Shown here in pieces: positions 26,842 to 32,000 of a stretch of 32,000 bases of DNA. The notes beneath the pieces were generated by a model. That model saw only the letters and a program-made list of their open reading frames with translations. It did no database searches and had not been told where the DNA came from. Source of the stretch: Nitrosospira multiformis ATCC 25196 (GTDB taxonomy: Bacteria; Pseudomonadota; Gammaproteobacteria; Burkholderiales; Nitrosomonadaceae); NCBI RefSeq assembly GCF_000196355.1, contig NC_007614.1, positions 2,100,001 through 2,132,000 on the forward strand, given 5' to 3'. Each line of letters begins with the position of its first letter. Positions within the stretch are counted from its first letter, which is position 1. A program made the translations under genes and the position numbers.

Positions 26842-27048
26842 GGGTTTGAAACTTCGCTATTTATAAGGATGGCGGCAGTTTATAATAAAAACCGTGCCAC
26901 AATCCTCCATGATAGCCGCACGGATTGTTCTGATCTTTAGCCACCTCTTCAAACTACCCTTGATTTGATTTTTTCGATATCTGGAATAGATATCCGGTAT
27001 TGAAAACCTGGATACGGGCAACCGCACATTCATTGTAAAGCGTCAAAT

Positions 27049-28167
27049 ATGGAATCCGTTTTAAAGCAGTCGCGGCGCATTGTCGTCAAGGTCGGCAGCA
27101 GCCTGGTAACGAACCAGGGACAAGGCCTTGACCATTCGGCGCTCGCGCACTGGGCTGGACAAATCGTTAAACTCAAGAAGACCGGCAAGGAAGTGGTACT
27201 CGTTTCTTCCGGGGCCATAGCGGAGGGAATGCAACGCCTGAAATGGAAAAAGCGCCCCCACGCGGTCCATGAATTGCAGGCGGCAGCGGCGGTGGGACAA
27301 ATGGGCCTGGTGCAGGCCTATGAAACCTGCTTCCGCAAGCATGAATTGCACTCGGCCCAGATTTTGCTCACCCACGAAGACTTGTCCGACCGCAAGCGCT
27401 ATCTGAACGCACGCTCCACGCTGGCCACGCTGTTGGATCTGAATGTCATTCCAATCATCAATGAAAATGATACGGTAGCAACCGATGAAATCCGCTTCGG
27501 CGATAACGATACGCTAGCCGCACTGGTAACCAACCTGATCGAGGCGGATGTTCTGGTAATTCTAACCGATCAGCGAGGGTTATTCACAGCCGATCCGCGA
27601 AAAGATACCCAGGCGAAACTGGTGGAGCAAGCAAAAGCCGGAGACGCGGACATCGAACGGATGGCGGGGGGGGCAGGCAGCGAAATAGGACGGGGCGGCA
27701 TGTTGACCAAGGTGCTGGCGGCCAAACGCGCAGCGAGAAGCGGCGCGCACACGGTGATTGCGTCGGGACGCGAAGCGGATGTCTTGATTCGCCTCGCCCG
27801 AGGGGAAGCAATCGGCACCCAGTTGCTGGCGGAAACCATGACGCTTGCCGCTCGCAAGCAGTGGCTGGCGGACCATCTGCAAATCCGGGGAAATGTCACG
27901 CTGGACGAAGGAGCGGTGGAAGCACTGGCCGTTGGCGGCAAAAGTCTTCTGCCGGTCGGCGTGACCGATGTGCGCGGCAACTTCGAACGGGGTGAAGTCG
28001 TAGGCTGCCTCGATCCGCACGGAAGGGAAATCGCTCGCGGACTGGTCAATTACAATGCTGCGGAAACCCGGCGTATTCTCCGCCGGGCAAGCGACGAAAT
28101 CGAAAGCCTTCTCGGCTATATTGGTGAACCGGAGCTCATCCACAGGGATAACCTGGTTCTGCTTTAA
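27049..28167 (+). CDS. proB: Glutamate 5-kinase (gamma-glutamyl kinase) with C-terminal PUA domain
   Basis: 372 aa; [83 protein letters not shown]. Confidence 0.97.
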   Translation: MESVLKQSRRIVVKVGSSLVTNQGQGLDHSALAHWAGQIVKLKKTGKEVVLVSSGAIAEGMQRLKWKKRPHAVHELQAAAAVGQMGLVQAYETCFRKHELHSAQILLTHEDLSDRKRYLNARSTLATLLDLNVIPIINENDTVATDEIRFGDNDTLAALVTNLIEADVLVILTDQRGLFTADPRKDTQAKLVEQAKAGDADIERMAGGAGSEIGRGGMLTKVLAAKRAARSGAHTVIASGREADVLIRLARGEAIGTQLLAETMTLAARKQWLADHLQIRGNVTLDEGAVEALAVGGKSLLPVGVTDVRGNFERGEVVGCLDPHGREIARGLVNYNAAETRRILRRASDEIESLLGYIGEPELIHRDNLVLL

Positions 28168-28353
28168 CACCTCTATGGGAAAGCGGAACCATGAGTCCAG
28201 ATAACTTCTTGAAATCTGGATACCCCCTTTTCGCGGGTATGGCACATAATGGAGCGATGCGGAAATCTATTCATGGCGGTCAGTCCAGTTCCCCATCCAA
28301 CCGTTACTTCGTTTCGCCTTCCTTGGGGAGAAGGAGAGCACGCATCTTCTCGG

Positions 28354-28887
28354 CTAATACCTTACCGCTCGCGGATGAATGCCGGCTTTCAATGCCTGGA
28401 TCGCTTCATCCGTATCCTTCACTGTCTGAAGTCCGAGAGGACAGAAAAAATACCGGAACAGCGCGCGCTGAGGATAGTTCTGCGCAATACTTTCGAGATC
28501 GACCCATTTCGACAGCCCTGCCCGTGCCCAGGTTTTATCGTTGCGCCCATAGGCATAGGTTCTCTTCTCGTTGGTCTGGCAGCGTATTCCCTCGTAGCTC
28601 ACATTCATCGCACCGGTGGGAGACTTGATGACGAGGGTGTAACGCACCACACCATCTTCTCCCACTGTAATAGACGCACCATCGACGTAATGCGTATTCG
28701 AACTTGCAGGACCAGCATCGAATTGCAGCAGATTCTCCTGTTCGGGATACGGGGGTAATTCCGTCTGCAACTCGACCCACGGTCGTTCATGATCGAACTC
28801 ATATTCGAATTTTTGTTGCTGGGCAAAAGCTGAAATCGATGTACTCGAAAGCAGCAACCAGAATATGAGCAGGTAAGTTCTCATCAC
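28354..28887 (-). CDS. CNP1-like family secreted protein of unknown function
   Basis: 177 aa with signal peptide (MMRTYLLIFWLLLSSTSISAFAQ). LPPYPEQENLLQFDAG, YEGIRCQTNEKRTYAYGR and W...PQRALFRYFFCP resemble CNP1-like proteins. Start codon overlaps the upstream stop. Confidence 0.75.
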   Translation of the reverse strand: MMRTYLLIFWLLLSSTSISAFAQQQKFEYEFDHERPWVELQTELPPYPEQENLLQFDAGPASSNTHYVDGASITVGEDGVVRYTLVIKSPTGAMNVSYEGIRCQTNEKRTYAYGRNDKTWARAGLSKWVDLESIAQNYPQRALFRYFFCPLGLQTVKDTDEAIQALKAGIHPRAVRY

Positions 28888-29483
28888 CCCGCGAGATCTG
28901 CGGTCAGATCATCCATCAAAGCATTCCGCACTGCCGCATCCACTTCCTGTCCCGGCACTTTATAGGCAGAATGATCAATGCCCATGCTCAAAGAGGCGCC
29001 TTCACGCAATGCCTTTATCATTTCCAGCTCCAACTCGAATCGCAGAAAATGGACGGAAGCAGTCTTTTTTTCATTCTCCCGGTCCAGGTCTTCATCGGCA
29101 ATGGCATAGATCGGGTCGAAGCCATTCACTTTTATCCATACCTTGTCCTCTATGCCTATCAATTCGGCCAATCTGGCTACGCGCTCAACAGGATCCGGGT
29201 ACTCGATCATCATCGTTGCCTTCCAGTTGGTCCCATCCGGCACCAGCGGATTGTAGGCTTCCAGTTCCTCCTGGATGCCCGCTTCCTCAAAAATCTTTTC
29301 TACCCGCAGCATCTCCTGGATCTGATACCGCATCGTCAACTCATCCTCGAAAATGAGAGTCACGTTCGTGCCGAGATGTATCTTGCGGTTACGTTTGTGC
29401 GCCATTACACGCGCACGGAATTCCTGCCGTGACTTTGCGTAATCTTCCAGGGTCATCAGGCTGCTGCGGGTGATCTGAGGCAT
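28884..29483 (-). CDS. DUF3501-family protein
   Basis: Start MPQITRSSLMTLEDYAKSRQEFRARVMAHKRNRKIHLGTNVTLIFEDELTMRYQIQEMLRVEKIFEEAGIQEELEAYNPLVPDGTNWKATMMIEYPD. The track ORF extends upstream to 29645, but 29483 fits the family. Confidence 0.85.
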   Translation of the reverse strand: MPQITRSSLMTLEDYAKSRQEFRARVMAHKRNRKIHLGTNVTLIFEDELTMRYQIQEMLRVEKIFEEAGIQEELEAYNPLVPDGTNWKATMMIEYPDPVERVARLAELIGIEDKVWIKVNGFDPIYAIADEDLDRENEKKTASVHFLRFELELEMIKALREGASLSMGIDHSAYKVPGQEVDAAVRNALMDDLTADLAG

Positions 29484-29542
29484 AATTATTATTTGATCAT
29501 GATAATGAATAGAGGCAACGCCAACCGAACATCGGCCATCGT

Positions 29543-30874
29543 TCAGGGCAGCCCGTATGCGATGCGGATGAGGGTCAAGGGATGCGCCTTCTGCGCGCTT
29601 GTTTCGCCCATGCCTTGCTCGATATGGCGACCAGCGATCGCGCAATCGGAACTGATATAGTCAGGATCATGCTGGGCCATCTGCCTGAACACGGGCCTGC
29701 CGATCTTCATGGAGTCGGCAAAGTATTCGCTTTTTACGCCCCAGGTGCCGTCGTGCCCGGAGCAGCGCTCCACTACGGTCACCTTTGTGTCGGGCACCAT
29801 CTGCAACAGATCTTTCGTCTTCTGCCCGATATTCTGCACGCGCAAATGGCAAGGAATATGATATGAAACCTTGCCTAGCGATTTCCTGAAATCCGTTTTC
29901 AACAGCCCATCACGATTTCGCATCGTCAAATATTCGAAGGGATCGAGCATGGCTTTGGCTACCGCCTTCACATCCTCGTTGTCCGGAAACATGAGTGGCA
30001 ATTCCTGTTTGTACATGAGCGTGCAGGACGGCACCGCTGTAAGTATTGCATAACCTTCCCTGGCCAGTTTCGCCAAGGGAGGGATATTTTTATCCTTGAG
30101 TTCTTTCACGGCTTGCAAGTCACCCAGCTCCAGCTTCGGCATTCCACAACAGGCTTCTTTCTCCACCAGGCATACTGGAATCTCGTTATGGTCCAGTATC
30201 TTCAATAAATCGTGCCCTATTCCGGGCTCGTTATAGTTGATGTAACAGGTGGAATAAATTGCCACTTTCCCGGGCGTTCGCTCGCCGTTGCGCACCGCGT
30301 GGTCCGCGTTCGGCTGGGCGGTCTTGCGAAATCTGTGACTGTCGTACTCCGGCAATCTGCGCTCTGCATGAATGCCAAGCATGCTGTCCATCAGTTTGCG
30401 GGTAGCGGGCGCCTTGTTGATCGCATTGACTGCCTGGACCACGACGGGAATGCTGGCAAGCTTGCCCACCGCGTCGGTGCTGGATAATAGCTTGTCACGG
30501 AAACTCGTACCGCCTTTTTCGTGCTTGACTGCCTTGGCGCGCAGCATCAGGTGTGGAAAATCGACATTCCATGGATGAGGGGGCACATACGGGCATTTCG
30601 TCATGGAGCACATATCGCAGAGATAGCAGCGATCCACTACCTCCCAATATCTCGATTTCTCCACCGCGTCCAGTTCGCCGGTCGACCCCTCATCTATGAG
30701 ATCGAACAAGCGCGGAAATGCGGTGCACAGATTCACACAGCGGCGGCAACCGTGACATATGTCGAAGACACGCTCCATCTCCGCGAACAGCTTGGGTTCG
30801 TCATAATATTCCGGATTTTCCCAGTCGATGGGAAGGCGCTTCGGCGCCTCCAGGCTGCCTTCGCGAGTGGTCAT
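29543..30874 (-). CDS. (4Fe-4S) cluster-binding oxidoreductase with CCG domains (GlpC / heterodisulfide-reductase-like)
   Basis: 443 aa; [11 protein letters not shown] and [13 protein letters not shown] ferredoxin-like motifs, [34 protein letters not shown]. Confidence 0.92.
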   Translation of the reverse strand: MTTREGSLEAPKRLPIDWENPEYYDEPKLFAEMERVFDICHGCRRCVNLCTAFPRLFDLIDEGSTGELDAVEKSRYWEVVDRCYLCDMCSMTKCPYVPPHPWNVDFPHLMLRAKAVKHEKGGTSFRDKLLSSTDAVGKLASIPVVVQAVNAINKAPATRKLMDSMLGIHAERRLPEYDSHRFRKTAQPNADHAVRNGERTPGKVAIYSTCYINYNEPGIGHDLLKILDHNEIPVCLVEKEACCGMPKLELGDLQAVKELKDKNIPPLAKLAREGYAILTAVPSCTLMYKQELPLMFPDNEDVKAVAKAMLDPFEYLTMRNRDGLLKTDFRKSLGKVSYHIPCHLRVQNIGQKTKDLLQMVPDTKVTVVERCSGHDGTWGVKSEYFADSMKIGRPVFRQMAQHDPDYISSDCAIAGRHIEQGMGETSAQKAHPLTLIRIAYGLP

Positions 30875-30942
30875 GCGTGAAAATGGATGGGGAAATAAAA
30901 CAGATGGAAATTCGGTTGAAAATTCCCGAACAATAACAATAC

Positions 30943-30983
30943 AAGCGGAAGGAACGGGATGCAGGATCCGATCCCTTCCGCTT
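30943..30983 (-). terminator. Putative terminator/attenuator hairpin downstream of the rubrerythrin gene
   Basis: AAGCGGAAGG (30943..30952) pairs with CCTTCCGCTT (30974..30983), with extra internal GGAT/ATCC pairing. Minus-strand continuation is T-rich (GTATTGTTATTG) but is not a canonical U tract. Confidence 0.5.
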
Positions 30984-31033
30984 GCTGTCTATAGTCGCCT
31001 ATCGGATCGACTGTCGCATTACTTGTCGAATCG

Positions 31034-31456
31034 TCAGTCGCCGAGACTGTCCAAGGCCTTTTGGAAGCGATTGGCGTGGGAGCGCTCGGCCTTGCCCAAT
31101 GTCTCAAACCATTCGGCGATTTCATCGAAACCTTCATCACGTGCAGTTTTAGCCATTCCGGGATACATATCGGTATATTCATGCGTCTCTCCCGCAATGG
31201 CTGTTTCAAGGTTGGCGCGCGTCGAACCAAATGGCAAGCCGGTAGCTGGATCTCCACTCGCCTCCAGGTATTCGAGGTGACCGTGCGCATGTCCGGTTTC
31301 GCCTTCAGCAGTCGAGCGGAAAACCACTGCCACATCGTTTTGCCCTTCCACATCCGCTTTGTTTGCGAAGTAGAGATAACGCCGGTTCGCCTGCGATTCC
31401 CCGGCAAAAGCCGCTTTCAAGTTTTCCTCGGTTTTGGTTCCTTTGAGTTCCATCAT
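31034..31456 (-). CDS. Rubrerythrin (ferritin-like diiron domain, no rubredoxin tail)
   Basis: 140 aa; [85 protein letters not shown]. Confidence 0.94.
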   Translation of the reverse strand: MMELKGTKTEENLKAAFAGESQANRRYLYFANKADVEGQNDVAVVFRSTAEGETGHAHGHLEYLEASGDPATGLPFGSTRANLETAIAGETHEYTDMYPGMAKTARDEGFDEIAEWFETLGKAERSHANRFQKALDSLGD

Positions 31457-31651
31457 TCCCCTCCTGTAATCAAATTGCCATAAATAGAGCTTTACACCGA
31501 TGCGGCCGGATATGCGCTCCGAATGAACCTGGATCCGTACGCATCAGCTCACTCTAGCTCTATGAGACTATCGAAGGCTACTTGAGTTGTCAACCGCCTA
31601 TATGCGTTCTTTATATTCCGCCTTTCCGCCGATGCGAACCGGACTGAAAAT

Positions 31652-32000
31652 TCAGGTAAGCAGGTTTTGCGGCTTGCCTGCCACCCAGGCTTCGATATTG
31701 TCGACCAGCTGATCGGCAAGAAAACGCATGGCCTCGGTAGAGGCCCAAGCAATATGAGGTGTCAGGATAAAGTTGGGACGGCGCAAGCCAAGCAGGGGAT
31801 TGCCGTTTCTGGGAGGTTCCGTCGTCAGCACATCGAAACCGGCGCCGGCGATAGTGCCATCGTCCAGAGCCTGTACCAATGCCGCCTCATCCACCAATCC
31901 TCCCCGCGCCGTGTTGATGAGCAATGCGCTGCGCTTCATCTTGCGCAATTCGTTCACGCCAATCAGGTTTCGGGTAGCGGGGGTCAGCGGGCAATGCAGC
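31652..32000 (-). CDS. D-isomer-specific 2-hydroxyacid dehydrogenase, C-terminal part (gene continues beyond right edge)
   Basis: The open frame extends to 32000: LHCPLTPATRNLIGVNELRKMKRSALLINTARGGLVDEAALVQALDDGTIAGAGFDVLTTEPP...NFILTPHIAW. Confidence 0.93.
   Translation of the reverse strand, partial: LHCPLTPATRNLIGVNELRKMKRSALLINTARGGLVDEAALVQALDDGTIAGAGFDVLTTEPPRNGNPLLGLRRPNFILTPHIAWASTEAMRFLADQLVDNIEAWVAGKPQNLLT

Noticed and set aside
1-32000. CRISPR arrays, tRNA/rRNA genes, retron/DGR elements, prophage genes or dedicated defense genes.
   Set aside because: No regularly spaced short repeats, RNA gene signatures, reverse transcriptase or phage-like genes were recognized. The only mobile element with support is the IS30 copy.

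Overview
The left ~17.5 kb is the upstream part of a leftward-transcribed hybrid lipopeptide/polyketide biosynthetic operon. Transcription order is: mbtH-like (17505..17275), type II thioesterase (17278..16514), Sfp-type phosphopantetheinyl transferase (16526..15684), FAAL-ACP-C-A-PCP NRPS (15647..10242), KS-AT-KR-ACP PKS (10242..5518), C-A-PCP NRPS (5451..2035), and a second C-A... NRPS (2034..<1) that leaves the window. The last two NRPS genes share an apparently exact ~1.73 kb direct repeat (161..1887 and 3584..5310, offset 3423). It has sharp edges and covers the whole C domain plus the start of the A domain, which looks like recent duplication or gene conversion. Right of the operon are an IS30-family element with ~50 bp inverted repeats (18006..19269), a truncated and frameshifted serine-acetyltransferase-like gene, a 71-aa orphan FecR-N-terminal-like (DUF4880-like) protein, an ECF sigma factor of the FecI/PvdS type, and a divergent RND efflux triad. 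A perfect PvdS-type box (TAAAT-N16-CGT) lies upstream of mbtH, and a 13/19 Fur-box-like site lies in the sigma/RND divergent region. Together these suggest iron-starvation control, possibly of an acylated siderophore or lipopeptide. The right part is mostly housekeeping: proB; then a leftward set of rubrerythrin, CCG-domain Fe-S oxidoreductase, DUF3501-like and CNP1-like genes; and the edge of a D-2-hydroxyacid dehydrogenase. Gene content resembles an ammonia-oxidizing betaproteobacterium (Nitrosospira-like), but that is inference only. No tRNA, rRNA or CRISPR array was seen.
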